A DNA stretch of 64,000 nucleotides from Candidatus Omnitrophota bacterium (GTDB lineage: Bacteria > Omnitrophota > Gorgyraeia > 2-01-FULL-45-10), in contig JAPLME010000006.1 of NCBI GenBank assembly GCA_026387175.1, positions 44,078 through 108,077 on the forward strand. Direction: 5' to 3'. The notes below the pieces were generated by a model. That model was not told the origin of the DNA and did no database searches. It worked only from the letters and a program-made list of their open reading frames with translations. Below, in pieces: positions 1 to 9,539 of the stretch (position 1 is the first letter of the stretch; each line of letters opens with the position of its first letter). The translations under genes and the position numbers were made by a program.

Positions 1-38
1 GAACCGAGGTCCTGTATTGATAGCAGATCTTTTTTCAT
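1..38 (-). CDS. argF: Partial CDS: N-terminus of ornithine carbamoyltransferase (ArgF-like); the gene continues beyond the window start
   Basis: Minus-strand ATG at 38-36 with a GAGGG-like RBS about 9 nt upstream. The translation MKKDLLSIQDLG resembles the conserved OTC N-terminus (x-DLLSL-DL). It lies directly downstream of argD in an arg operon. Confidence 0.35.
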   Translation of the reverse strand, partial: MKKDLLSIQDLG

Positions 39-61
39 CTCAAAAACCCTCTTTTCTTTAT

Positions 62-1246
62 TTAAAACTTTGCCAGCACCTTATCGAGTATCGCGATCGC
101 TTTGTCAATTTCGGCTTTGGCGACCGTCATCGGAGGCATTATGCGAAGCACCGTATCCTGCGTGCAATTTATCAATAGGCCCTCTTTCAGGCATTCTTTA
201 TAAATATCTTCACCCTTTATCGATAATTCGATTCCGAATATGAGCCCCACACATCTCACTTCTTTTATGAAATGATATTTTGCCTTCAGGCTCTCGAGTT
301 TCTTCTTTAAATAAGCGCTCATTTTATTTGTATTGGCAAGCAGCTTCTCTTTCTTTATCGCTTCGAAGACGCCCAATGCCGCGGCGCAAACTATGGGTGA
401 GCCGCCGAACGTCGAAGCATGCGTTCCGGGCGTAAGCACATCCTGGAATTTTTCCCGGGCAACACAGGCTCCTATCGGAAGCCCGCCGCCTAAAGATTTT
501 GCAAGCGTCATGACATCGGGAGTAACTCCGAATACCTGGCTGGCGAACATCTTACCGCTCCTCCCCATACCCGTCTGCACCTCATCGAATATCAGGACCA
601 GGTCCTTTTGATCGCAAAACTGTCGCAGCGCTTTCATGTAGTCAACGCTCGGTATATTAATGCCGCCCTCACACTGTATCGGCTCAAGCATTATGCCTAT
701 TGTCTTTTTATTAACGGCGTTCTTAACGGCGTCGATATCGTTAAACGGTACGTGAACAAACCCCGGCAGGAGAGGTTCGAAGCCTATCTTCACTTTATCC
801 TGGCCTGTCGCCGTTATCATCGCTAACGTTCTGCCGTGAAACGACTTTGTCATTGTTATGATCTCATATCTTCCGCTCTCGTGTCCGTACTTTCTGGCAA
901 GCTTAACCGCTGCCTCGTTGGCCTCGGCCCCTGAATTAGCGAAGAAGACCTTGCCGGGGAATGAGTTATCGATAATCACCTTCGCAAGAATGGCCTGCAG
1001 TAAAGAGTAATAGTTATTCGATACGTGCATCAGCCGCTTTGCTTGATCAGAAACCGCTTTCGATACGATTGGATGGCAGTGGCCTATTCCTGATACCGCC
1101 CAGCCGGGGAAGAAGTCCAGATACTTGTTGGCTTCGGCATCCCAGGCTATAGCGCCTTTGGCTTTTTCCAGGCATAAAGGAACTCTCTTGTAAGTCTTCA
1201 TCACATACTTATCATACATAGCTATTACTTTATCGGTCTTATCCAT
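62..1246 (-). CDS. argD: Acetylornithine aminotransferase (class III PLP aminotransferase)
   Basis: 394 aa ORF with class-III aminotransferase motifs (FANSGAEANEAAVKLARKY, DEVQTGMGRSGKMFA, lysine in TLAKSLGGGLP). Arginine operon context. Confidence 0.85.
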   Translation of the reverse strand: MDKTDKVIAMYDKYVMKTYKRVPLCLEKAKGAIAWDAEANKYLDFFPGWAVSGIGHCHPIVSKAVSDQAKRLMHVSNNYYSLLQAILAKVIIDNSFPGKVFFANSGAEANEAAVKLARKYGHESGRYEIITMTKSFHGRTLAMITATGQDKVKIGFEPLLPGFVHVPFNDIDAVKNAVNKKTIGIMLEPIQCEGGINIPSVDYMKALRQFCDQKDLVLIFDEVQTGMGRSGKMFASQVFGVTPDVMTLAKSLGGGLPIGACVAREKFQDVLTPGTHASTFGGSPIVCAAALGVFEAIKKEKLLANTNKMSAYLKKKLESLKAKYHFIKEVRCVGLIFGIELSIKGEDIYKECLKEGLLINCTQDTVLRIMPPMTVAKAEIDKAIAILDKVLAKF

Positions 1247-1270
1247 TTGTATCCTCTATTAATAACAACT

Positions 1271-2125
1271 TTACCGCACTACCTCTGTACCGATACCTTT
1301 ATCGGTAAATATTTCCAAAAGGAGCGCGTGCGGAATGCCCGCGTCCAGAATATGCGCTTTCCTGACGCCGCCCTTTATCGCGTTTATGCAGGAGAGGGCC
1401 TTAGGTATCATTCCGCCCTCTATCACCTTCCTCTTAATGAGCCTCTCGGCATCGGTTGCCGTAATAGTGTTATATAGCGATTCCGGATCCTTCCTGTCTC
1501 TTAAAACCCCCCTTACATTCGTGAGCAGTACAAACTTCTCCGCATTCAACGCGACGGCGATCTCGCTCGCCACATCATCGGCATTCACATTATACACGTG
1601 ATGGTCGCGGCCCATACCCAGCGGATAGATGACAGGTATGATATTGTCCCTGATCAATCTCCTGATAACCGTCGTGTCGACAGAAGTGACCTCTCCGACG
1701 TAACCCAGATCTATATCGCCCTTTATCTTCTTAACACGTATTAGGCCGTTCTCCCTGCCACTTATCCCGAACGCTTTTGCGCCCATGCTCTTCAGGGCAT
1801 TCACGATCTTTCCGTTTATCGTCCCGAGCGCCCTTTCGATGATCGCCAGCGACTTATCATCGGTGTATCTGCGGCCACCGATGAACTTGGGCTCAATGCC
1901 GGCCTTCTTCATCATCTTGGATATATAAGGGCCGCCGCCATGGACTATCACGGGCCTCATGCCCGCGTAATTCATGAACATTATGTCCTCTAGGATAGCG
2001 GGATCCAGCCCCCTCTCGTCGACGCTTGAACCGCCGTATTTTATAACGATCGTCTTCTCGAAGAACTTTTTGATATGAGGCAGTGCCTCTATCAGGACCT
2101 CACTCTTCTTGATAGCTTCTTTCAT
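1271..2125 (-). CDS. argB: Acetylglutamate kinase
   Basis: 284 aa; VIKYGGSS ... VIVHGGGP motifs of the amino-acid kinase family. Sits between argJ and argD. Confidence 0.85.
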   Translation of the reverse strand: MKEAIKKSEVLIEALPHIKKFFEKTIVIKYGGSSVDERGLDPAILEDIMFMNYAGMRPVIVHGGGPYISKMMKKAGIEPKFIGGRRYTDDKSLAIIERALGTINGKIVNALKSMGAKAFGISGRENGLIRVKKIKGDIDLGYVGEVTSVDTTVIRRLIRDNIIPVIYPLGMGRDHHVYNVNADDVASEIAVALNAEKFVLLTNVRGVLRDRKDPESLYNTITATDAERLIKRKVIEGGMIPKALSCINAIKGGVRKAHILDAGIPHALLLEIFTDKGIGTEVVR

Positions 2126-2126
2126 A

Positions 2127-3347
2127 TTAAGTGCTGTACTCCGAATTTATCGCAACATACTCTTTGGAAAAATCACAGGTCCAGGCCTTTGCACCGGCCT
2201 TACCGCTCTTCAGATCGATCGTTATATAAACTTTCTTATCTTTAAAATATTTTCTTGCTTTCTCTTTTTCAAAAGTCTTGCAGATTGCACCGTTAGAAAG
2301 GGCTTTGACCGGCCCCAGATAGATATCCATCTTATCTATATCGAATTCAACCCCGCTTGCGCCCGCCGAGGCCACAACCCTGCCCCAGTTCGGGTCCGTA
2401 CCAAAGATCGCGCACTTCAGAAGATTTGAGGTCGATACTTTGCGCGCCACCTTCCTGGCGTCATCGACGGTCTTTGCGCCCTTCACCTCTATCTCGACAA
2501 ACTTCGTCGCGCCTTCGCCATCGGCGGCAAGCATCTTTGCCAGTTCCCCTGCCATATATTTCAGCGCTTCGGTAAATTTCTTGTAGCCTTTATCCTTGTT
2601 GGTGATCCTCTTATTTCCTGCCAGGCCGTTAGCCATTATAAAACAGGAGTCGTTCGTGCTCATGTCGCCGTCGGCGGATACCATATTGAACGAATTCGAT
2701 ATCGCTTCCTCGAGCGACTCCTCAAGCATCTTCTTCGATATGGAAACATCCGTAGCTATAAATGCGAGCATCGTCGCGTGCTTGGCGGTCTTCATCTCCG
2801 GATAGAGCATCCCCACGCCTTTACACGCGCCGCCTATCGTTACCACCGAATTGCCAAGTTTTACCTTAACGACAAACTCTTTCTTCTTCGTGTCCGTAGT
2901 CATTATGGTTTCGGCGAAGATGGAGCTATTCTTTTCCGATAGTCCTAGAGCAAGCTCCGGAAGCGCCTTAACGATCTTTCCTACCGGCAGTTTCACGCCG
3001 ATTATGCCCGTAGAGGCCACAAGGACCATACGCTTATCAAGGTCGAGCATCTTAGCAGTACTCGATGCCATAGCCAGAGCATCCTTTTTACCTGTCTTGC
3101 CGTTCGCGCAATTGGCGTTACCGCTATTAACGATTATCGCCTGATGGGTCTTGCCGCCGAGATGCGTCATGCTTATCTTCACTGGCGATGCTTTGCACCG
3201 ATTAGTCGTGAATGCGCCCGCCGCGACCGCAGGCACTTCAGAATATAGAAGCGCCAGGTCCTTCCTGCCCGAAAACTTGATCCCTGCTTTCACGCCGCTG
3301 GCCATAAACCCCTTGGCCGATGCCACTCCACCTTTAACTGTTATCAT
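2127..3347 (-). CDS. argJ: Bifunctional ornithine acetyltransferase / N-acetylglutamate synthase
   Basis: 406 aa; the ATMLAFIATD self-cleavage region (T of ATML) is typical of ArgJ. Adjacent to argC and argB. Confidence 0.85.
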   Translation of the reverse strand: MITVKGGVASAKGFMASGVKAGIKFSGRKDLALLYSEVPAVAAGAFTTNRCKASPVKISMTHLGGKTHQAIIVNSGNANCANGKTGKKDALAMASSTAKMLDLDKRMVLVASTGIIGVKLPVGKIVKALPELALGLSEKNSSIFAETIMTTDTKKKEFVVKVKLGNSVVTIGGACKGVGMLYPEMKTAKHATMLAFIATDVSISKKMLEESLEEAISNSFNMVSADGDMSTNDSCFIMANGLAGNKRITNKDKGYKKFTEALKYMAGELAKMLAADGEGATKFVEIEVKGAKTVDDARKVARKVSTSNLLKCAIFGTDPNWGRVVASAGASGVEFDIDKMDIYLGPVKALSNGAICKTFEKEKARKYFKDKKVYITIDLKSGKAGAKAWTCDFSKEYVAINSEYST

Positions 3348-3349
3348 CT

Positions 3350-4408
3350 CTACAGCAACCCTTCTGTTTCAGCAAACCCGCACATCAGGTTCATATTCTG
3401 GACGGCCTGGCCCGCGGCGCCCTTCACAAGGTTGTCGATACAGGATACGACTATCAACGTGGAGCCGGACACCTTCACTCCTATATCGCAGAAATTGGTG
3501 CCAACTACATCCCGGATCTGGGGAAGCTTGCCCGTATCGTAAACTCTCACGAAAGGTTTTCCCTTATAAAATGCCTTATAAATATCAACGGCTGCTTCGG
3601 TATCAAGGGGCTTCGTCAGTTTCAAATATATCGTCGAAAGTATGCCGCGGTTCATAGGAATGAGATGCGGCGTAAATACGATATCTATCTCTTCTCCCGC
3701 AACGCGTGAAAGTATGGTATTTATCTCGGGCTTATGCTGATGGTCATTGACCTTGTATGCTTTCAGGTTCTCATTGACCTCACAGAAAATGAGCCCGATG
3801 TCGGCTTTTCGCCCTGCGCCCGTAACACCGCTCTTTGAATCCGCTATCATATACGACCGATCGATCGCTTTCTCGGTAAGTATAGGCGCGATGCCCAATA
3901 TTACGCTCGTCGGATAGCATCCGGGATTTGCGAGAAGTTTTGCTTTCTTGATCCGATCGCAATAGAGTTCGGGAAGGCCGTAAACAGCCTGGGCGAGATT
4001 TGCGGTGTCTTTATGGGCAATGCCGTACCACTTCTCGTACACCTTCGGGTCCAGCCTATAATCGGCGCTCAGGTCCACGACAAGCTTTCCTGCCTTCAGG
4101 AAGGCCGGGGCTATCTCCATCGAAACTTTATGCGGCAGGCCTAAAAATACGAGATCGACGTTCTTCGCCATCCCTTGCGGGTCCGGTTTCTTACAGATGA
4201 CATCAAGCTTGCCTTTAAAGACAGGAAGAAGCGAGCTTATCGGCTCTTCCTTGTCGATTATAGCCGAAAGCTCCGTTATCTTCACGCCTTTGTGACGTAT
4301 CAGTATCTTAATAACTTCTTCGCCTGCGTATCCTGTAGCCCCAACCACTCCTACTTTAAGCATATTTATGTCCATCCTTATCTTAAATTCCCGACGAGGT
4401 TTATTCAT
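3350..4408 (-). CDS. argC: N-acetyl-gamma-glutamyl-phosphate reductase
   Basis: 352 aa; N-terminal GATGYAG Rossmann motif and the catalytic PGCYPT region. First gene of the argCJBD operon. Confidence 0.85.
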   Translation of the reverse strand: MNKPRREFKIRMDINMLKVGVVGATGYAGEEVIKILIRHKGVKITELSAIIDKEEPISSLLPVFKGKLDVICKKPDPQGMAKNVDLVFLGLPHKVSMEIAPAFLKAGKLVVDLSADYRLDPKVYEKWYGIAHKDTANLAQAVYGLPELYCDRIKKAKLLANPGCYPTSVILGIAPILTEKAIDRSYMIADSKSGVTGAGRKADIGLIFCEVNENLKAYKVNDHQHKPEINTILSRVAGEEIDIVFTPHLIPMNRGILSTIYLKLTKPLDTEAAVDIYKAFYKGKPFVRVYDTGKLPQIRDVVGTNFCDIGVKVSGSTLIVVSCIDNLVKGAAGQAVQNMNLMCGFAETEGLL

Positions 4409-4411
4409 TTA

Positions 4412-4473
4412 TCTTAAAACAAAAGACCCACTGTGTCAACTAAAATCATCGTCGGAGTTGACCCGGTGGGTCT
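4412..4473 (-). terminator. Rho-independent terminator downstream of rplM-rpsI
   Basis: Inverted repeat agacccac..gtcaac / gttgac..gtgggtct at 4424-4473. On the minus-strand transcript it is followed by UUUUGUUUUAAG. A second small hairpin, gaaaccttgttaaggtttc (4489-4507), lies right after the rpsI stop. Confidence 0.6.
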
Positions 4474-4511
4474 CGAAATTGCCTTCGGGAAACCTTGTTA
4501 AGGTTTCGGGA

Positions 4512-4907
4512 TTATCTCTTGGTGAACTGGAATCTCCTCCTCGCCCTCTTCCTGCCGTATTTCTTGCGCTCCCTGGCTCTCGGATCGCGTGTCAAGAACC
4601 CTGCTTTCTTTATGGCTGCCTTAAGATTTAAGTCCATCTTCACGAGGGCTCTGGCTATTCCAAGTTTCACCGCGCCTGCCTGGCCGCTCAATCCGCCGCC
4701 GTTGCAGTTCGCGTATATATCCAGCTTCGACACAAGATTGGCAAGCTCCAGAGGCTGCATTATCACCAGGCGGTTGACCTCCCTGGGGAAATAATTCTCG
4801 AACGGCCTCTTATTGACGGTTATCTTGCCGGCTCCGTCCATAATTCTCACGCGAGCGATTGAATTTTTACGTCTTCCAGTAGCTATGTATTGAACTTTCT
4901 CCGCCAT
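4512..4907 (-). CDS. rpsI: 30S ribosomal protein S9
   Basis: 131 aa; GRRKNSIARVRI ... C-terminal KYGRKRARRRFQFTKR is typical of S9. Confidence 0.9.
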   Translation of the reverse strand: MAEKVQYIATGRRKNSIARVRIMDGAGKITVNKRPFENYFPREVNRLVIMQPLELANLVSKLDIYANCNGGGLSGQAGAVKLGIARALVKMDLNLKAAIKKAGFLTRDPRARERKKYGRKRARRRFQFTKR

Positions 4908-5393
4908 TTATTTCTGTCCTTTTTCCTTTATGATCAGCTCTTTGGGGTTCTGAGAAGCATGCGGATGTTTATCATCGGCATAGACCCTGAGTTTCTTTAG
5001 CATCTTCGCACCGAGTTTGTTCTTAGGCAGCATTCCATGGACCGCATGCCTGATAACGCGCTCCGGGTCTTTCTTTAAGACGGTCTCAAGGTTCTCGGTA
5101 TTGAGGCCTCCCGGATATTCCGAATACCTCTTATACTCTTTCTGGGCAAGTTTTTTACCGGTGACTTTTATCTTGCTAGCGTTTATCACGATCACTTCGT
5201 CCCCGACGTTCTGGTGAGGCGAGTATATGACCTTGTCCTTACCTATTAATATACTTGCGACCCTGGTAGCCAGGCGGCCCAGGATTTTATCCTTGGCATC
5301 CACTATATACCAGATCTTCTGTATATCCTTATCTTTCGCTATAAATGTTTTCATAAGACTTTGAATGTTATCACATACCCCTATATTTGTCAA
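4908..5393 (-). CDS. rplM: 50S ribosomal protein L13
   Basis: 161 aa; WYIVDAKDKILGRLATRVASIL is the L13 signature. Immediately upstream of rpsI. Confidence 0.9.
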   Translation of the reverse strand: MTNIGVCDNIQSLMKTFIAKDKDIQKIWYIVDAKDKILGRLATRVASILIGKDKVIYSPHQNVGDEVIVINASKIKVTGKKLAQKEYKRYSEYPGGLNTENLETVLKKDPERVIRHAVHGMLPKNKLGAKMLKKLRVYADDKHPHASQNPKELIIKEKGQK

Positions 5394-5414
5394 ATAAATA
5401 TTTTACGCTTATCT

Positions 5415-7136
5415 TTAAACCGGGATGGATGCCTTAAGGAGCGTTTTCAGGTGAGCTTCTATATCTTTAACAGCGACTTCTGTAATAACGCCTGATTTCC
5501 GGTCCTTCACCTCTACGATCCCCTTCTTCGCGTTCTTCGCGCCTACCACTATTTTTATAGGTATACCGATAAGGTCCGCATCTTTGAATTTAACGCCCGC
5601 CGTTTCATTCCTGTCATCAAAAAGGGTCTCTACACCTGAGCCGGATAACCTATCATAAACGTCTTCAGCGACTTCTTTCACCTTCTTATCATCCATATTA
5701 AGGGCTATAATAATTGCCTGATACGGAGCTATCGATAAAGGCCATATGATCCCGTCCTTATCATTATTCGTCTCTATCACGCTGGCCAGTATTCTCGTAA
5801 CTCCTATCCCATAGCAGCCCATGATCGCCGGCAACTCTTTACCGTCTTTATCGAGTACCTTTGCGCCTAACACATCCGAATATTTTGTACCGAGCTTGAA
5901 CGTATGGCCGACCTCTATCGCCTGTTTTATTTCTATAGGCTTACCGCAGGCGGGGCATCCATCGTCCTTTGTTATCATCCTGAGATCCGCGAATTCTTTG
6001 GTCTCGAAATCGCGGCCGGTATTGACATTGATGAGATGGGTATCTTTTTTATTCGCGCCGGTAATAAAATTCGCCATCCCCTGAACGGTATTATCGGCAA
6101 TTATTCTTACGTTCCTCAAGCCCACCGGTCCGGAAAAACCGACCGGGGCATGCGTCACATCCTCTATGGTTTTTACATCCGCAAGCCCAAGCGTAGCGGC
6201 CTTTAGATAATTCTTAATCTTCGTCTCATTCGCTTCATGGCTGCCGCACAATAGTACCGCTATAGTGTTGCCGTCCGCTTTATAGATGAGCGTCTTCACC
6301 AGTTTTTCCGCGCCCACTCTGAGCAGTTCAGACACTTTCTCGATCGTGGTTATGCCGGGTGTGTCGACCTGGGCGATCGGCAGTGTCTTTTCTTTTGCCG
6401 CTCCCCCCTTTGTCTTGGATTTACATGCGGCGACTTCGGTGCTAGCGGAATATTTGCACTTCGAACAAACTACTATCCTGTCCTCTCCGGCTTCGGACGG
6501 CACCATAAATTCATGTGACATGCTCCCGCCCATCATCCCGGGATCGGCCTCGACAGGTATATAAGGAAGCGCGCATCTCTCGAATATCCTGCAGTACGCT
6601 TCGTACATCTTCTTATAGCTCTCTTCCAAGCCCGGTACATCGCAATCGAAAGAATAGGCATCCTTCATTATAAATTCCGAGGTCCTCATCACGCCGAAAC
6701 GGGGCCTGGGTTCATCCCTGAACTTTGTCTGGATCTGGTATAGTATAAGAGGAAGTTCCTTGTAGCTCCTTACATTGTTTGCCACGAGATCCGTCACTAT
6801 CTCCTCATGGGTGGGCCCGAGAAGGCATTCTTTGCCGTGCCTGTCCTTAAATTTTATAAGCACATCCCCGAGAAGATCATAACGGCCGGTCCTCTTCCAT
6901 ATCTCAGGCGGATGTATCGCCGGCAGGAGCACTTCCTGACTGCCTTTAGCGTCCATCTCTTCCCTGATGATCTTTTTTACTTTCTCAAGCACGCGAAATC
7001 CGAGCGGCAGATATGAATAGACTCCCGATACCAGTTTTCGTATGAACCCGCCGCGTACCATAAGTTTATGGCTTACCACCTCCGCATCCTGCGGATCTTC
7101 CTTAAGTGTCGGGATCAAGCTTTTAGACCATCTCAT
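5415..7136 (-). CDS. proS: Prolyl-tRNA synthetase (bacterial type with editing domain)
   Basis: 573 aa; N-terminal MRWSKSLIPTLKEDP...HKLMVRGGFIR and class II aaRS motifs. The length fits the bacterial INS-domain form. Confidence 0.85.
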   Translation of the reverse strand: MRWSKSLIPTLKEDPQDAEVVSHKLMVRGGFIRKLVSGVYSYLPLGFRVLEKVKKIIREEMDAKGSQEVLLPAIHPPEIWKRTGRYDLLGDVLIKFKDRHGKECLLGPTHEEIVTDLVANNVRSYKELPLILYQIQTKFRDEPRPRFGVMRTSEFIMKDAYSFDCDVPGLEESYKKMYEAYCRIFERCALPYIPVEADPGMMGGSMSHEFMVPSEAGEDRIVVCSKCKYSASTEVAACKSKTKGGAAKEKTLPIAQVDTPGITTIEKVSELLRVGAEKLVKTLIYKADGNTIAVLLCGSHEANETKIKNYLKAATLGLADVKTIEDVTHAPVGFSGPVGLRNVRIIADNTVQGMANFITGANKKDTHLINVNTGRDFETKEFADLRMITKDDGCPACGKPIEIKQAIEVGHTFKLGTKYSDVLGAKVLDKDGKELPAIMGCYGIGVTRILASVIETNNDKDGIIWPLSIAPYQAIIIALNMDDKKVKEVAEDVYDRLSGSGVETLFDDRNETAGVKFKDADLIGIPIKIVVGAKNAKKGIVEVKDRKSGVITEVAVKDIEAHLKTLLKASIPV

Positions 7137-8179
7137 ATTTTCTTCAATTCCTTCAATAGTTCCGCCGCAAAATCACTCTCTTTGACGCGCCTGACTATCC
7201 TGCCGTTAATAAATAATACGCCCGAACCCTTGCCTGCCGCTATGCCTATATCCGCTTCCCCGGCTTCACCGGGGCCGTTCACTTCACAGCCCATTACCGC
7301 AATCTTGATCGGACGCCTGGCTGATAGCTGATAGCTGATAGCTGATAGCTTGCGTTCGACATCCGCCACTATTTTCAACAGATTGACCTGACATCGGCCG
7401 CATGTCGGACATGATATTATCTCAGGCCCGAAGTTTCTCAAATTTAAAGCGCTTAAAATTCTCTTCGCCGCGCTAACCTCTTCTACGGGATCGGCCGTTA
7501 AAGATACCCTGATAGTATCGCCTATACCGTCCAATAGAAGTGCCCCTATCCCGATCGATGATTTAATTATTCCGGCTTCATGCGGACCCGCCGCAGTAAC
7601 ACCAAGATGCAGAGGATAGTCGCAAGCCCCCGATATCTTTCTGTAAGATTCCACCGTCGAGATAACATCGGAAGCTTTAAGAGATACGATTATATCATGA
7701 AAATCCAGTTCTTCAAGGATTTTAATATACCTCTTCGCCGCACTGACGAGCGCATCGGGCGATCCGGCGCCGGCAGAGCCTGAATTCACGCCTACCCTTA
7801 TGGGGATCCGCGCTCTCGAGGCGGCTCTAACTACCGCCGCTATCTCTTCTCTCTTTCTGATGTTGCCGGGATTGAGCCGAATCTTATCTGCGCCGGCCTT
7901 TATGCAGGCGAGCGCTAAGGTGTAATCGAAATGGATATCGCAGACAACAGGTATCTTTGCCTTATCCTTTATCGCCTTCACGGCAAACGCATCGTCAGAA
8001 TCCTTGATAGCGACTCTCACAATTTCGCAGCCGGCGGCCTCTAACCGCTTGATCTGGGCAACCGTTGCCTTCACATTCGCTGTCCTGGGCGTCGTCATCG
8101 ACTGGATCGAGATAGGCGCATCCTCGCCTATCCTCACCCCGCCGACCTTAACCTGTCTCGTTCGTCTGCGCTTTATCAT
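7133..8179 (-). CDS. ispG: 4-hydroxy-3-methylbut-2-enyl diphosphate synthase (GcpE)
   Basis: 348 aa; VGGVRIGEDAPISIQSMT TIM-barrel N-domain and a C-terminal CPTCGRC...GCEVNGPGE Fe-S domain. Confidence 0.85.
   Translation of the reverse strand: MIKRRRTRQVKVGGVRIGEDAPISIQSMTTPRTANVKATVAQIKRLEAAGCEIVRVAIKDSDDAFAVKAIKDKAKIPVVCDIHFDYTLALACIKAGADKIRLNPGNIRKREEIAAVVRAASRARIPIRVGVNSGSAGAGSPDALVSAAKRYIKILEELDFHDIIVSLKASDVISTVESYRKISGACDYPLHLGVTAAGPHEAGIIKSSIGIGALLLDGIGDTIRVSLTADPVEEVSAAKRILSALNLRNFGPEIISCPTCGRCQVNLLKIVADVERKLSAISYQLSARRPIKIAVMGCEVNGPGEAGEADIGIAAGKGSGVLFINGRIVRRVKESDFAAELLKELKKI
7320..7350. repeat. Tandem heptamer repeat (gctgata) x about 4.4 inside the ispG coding sequence
   Basis: Direct reading: gctgata gctgata gctgata gctgata gct. 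It encodes LSAISYQLSA in the IspG inter-domain region. Confidence 0.9.
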
Positions 8180-8249
8180 GATACATTATCCATGAATTTT
8201 TATTATCCTGTCTAGGCCTTACAGGTCGCTGTCCCAATCTCACTCTCTA

Positions 8250-8453
8250 CTCACCCCTCGCCAGAATATTTTTGGATTACTCAGCACACCCTTGCGTAGG
8301 GGTGTTGAGCGGGGCGTCGAAAGTCGCGAGCGGGCATGGATTTTTGGCCCGGGTATTCCTATCATGCCAAAAAGAGCGAGCGATCTTTCCGAGCGAAATT
8401 TCCTCGCAGGGGAAATTTCGCGTCCCCGCGAGGCACCCCTACGCAAGGGTGTG
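8250..8453. repeat. Copy A of a ~170-200 bp multi-hairpin intergenic repeat element
   Basis: About 85-90% identical to 24260-24460. Terminal 16-bp inverted repeat cccttgcgtaggggtg / cacccctacgcaaggg. Internal hairpins cgaaatttcc-tcgcagg-ggaaatttcg and ggcatgg...catgcc. It abuts the rseP stop codon at 8454. Confidence 0.85.
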
Positions 8454-9539
8454 TTAGCGGTGAAAAATTTTCGCTACCTTATCGAAGACTCCAAACTTCA
8501 TAATATCGTTATAGAATATGAATATCGTCAGCATGATTAGGAGGGTTACGCCGACATTGGCTATAGCCTCCTGCGCCTTAAGCGATAACGGCTTGCCGCG
8601 GAGTTTTTCGATCCCGAGAAACAGTATATGGCCGCCATCCAGTATAGGAAGCGGCAGAATATTGAATATGGCAAGCGACGCGCTCAATACGCCCATCAGA
8701 TGCAGTATGTAGATGAGCCCCATCTTCGCGGCCTGTCCGGTCACGACGAATATCCCTATAGGCCCTGTGAGCGATTCTTTTACGGAAAGCCTTCCTGTCA
8801 GGATCGACCAGAGGGCCTTATATGTAACGGCGGTCAGCTGCAGCAGTTTTCTCCCGCCCATATAGAGCGACCGGGTGAAGCCGTACTTTACGCTCTCGAT
8901 CGTCTGTGACGGCGTCACGCCGATCAGCGCAATGCTGACTTCAGCGCCGAAGATATCCTTGGCCTTACGCACGATAGGCGTTATCTCCTTGTCGAACGTC
9001 TTGCCTCCCCTGACTATCGTAAGCTTAATAGCGCTTTCGTCATGTTTATGTATAGCCTCGGTCATATCCTCCCAGTATTTCACTGCTTTTCCGTCGACCG
9101 CCTTAACTACGTCTCCGACGGCCAGGCCCTGCTTGGAGGCCGGATAATCCTTCATGAGCCCGCCGACCTCTGTAGTCATCGTGGGGCTCCCGAACATGAA
9201 TATCACCGAGAATATTAAGAACGCCAGGAAATAGTTTAATAGCGGACCCGCGAATATTATCTTAAACCGGTCTCCTATACTTCGCGACAGGAACTCCCAC
9301 TTCTCGCCGGCGAGCTTCTCCCACGGCTCGTCGCCGGCCATCTTGACATAACCGCCGAGAGGTATAGCCGATATCATATATTCGGTATCGCCTCTCTTTA
9401 CGGAAAATAGCTTAGAGCCGAATCCGAAAGAAAATTTCTGCACCCGCACTCCGAGACACTTTGCCGTTATGAAATGGCCCGCCTCATGCACAAGCACCAA
9501 TATGCTTAAGACGATTAAAAAAGATACTAACGATAGCAT
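8454..9539 (-). CDS. rseP: RIP zinc metalloprotease RseP (site-2 protease, PDZ-containing)
   Basis: HEAGHF zinc motif near the N-terminus, a PDZ-like region and a C-terminal LDGG motif. Start chosen at an internal Met (MLSLVSF) to limit overlap with dxr; the alternative start is 9566. Confidence 0.8.
   Translation of the reverse strand: MLSLVSFLIVLSILVLVHEAGHFITAKCLGVRVQKFSFGFGSKLFSVKRGDTEYMISAIPLGGYVKMAGDEPWEKLAGEKWEFLSRSIGDRFKIIFAGPLLNYFLAFLIFSVIFMFGSPTMTTEVGGLMKDYPASKQGLAVGDVVKAVDGKAVKYWEDMTEAIHKHDESAIKLTIVRGGKTFDKEITPIVRKAKDIFGAEVSIALIGVTPSQTIESVKYGFTRSLYMGGRKLLQLTAVTYKALWSILTGRLSVKESLTGPIGIFVVTGQAAKMGLIYILHLMGVLSASLAIFNILPLPILDGGHILFLGIEKLRGKPLSLKAQEAIANVGVTLLIMLTIFIFYNDIMKFGVFDKVAKIFHR

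Noticed and set aside
4409-4511. Possible small RNA or riboswitch between argC and rpsI
   Set aside because: The structure is explained as a rho-independent terminator for the rplM-rpsI operon: stem plus U-tract on the minus transcript. There are no conserved riboswitch motifs.
8240-8446. Small ORFs overlapping the repeat element (8240-8446 -, 8292-8540 +, 24179-24457 -, 24309-24692 +)
   Set aside because: Their apparent conservation between the two loci is explained by the nucleotide-level repeat itself. The conserved parts coincide with hairpin stems, and the reading frames differ between copies. A non-coding structured element is the simpler explanation.
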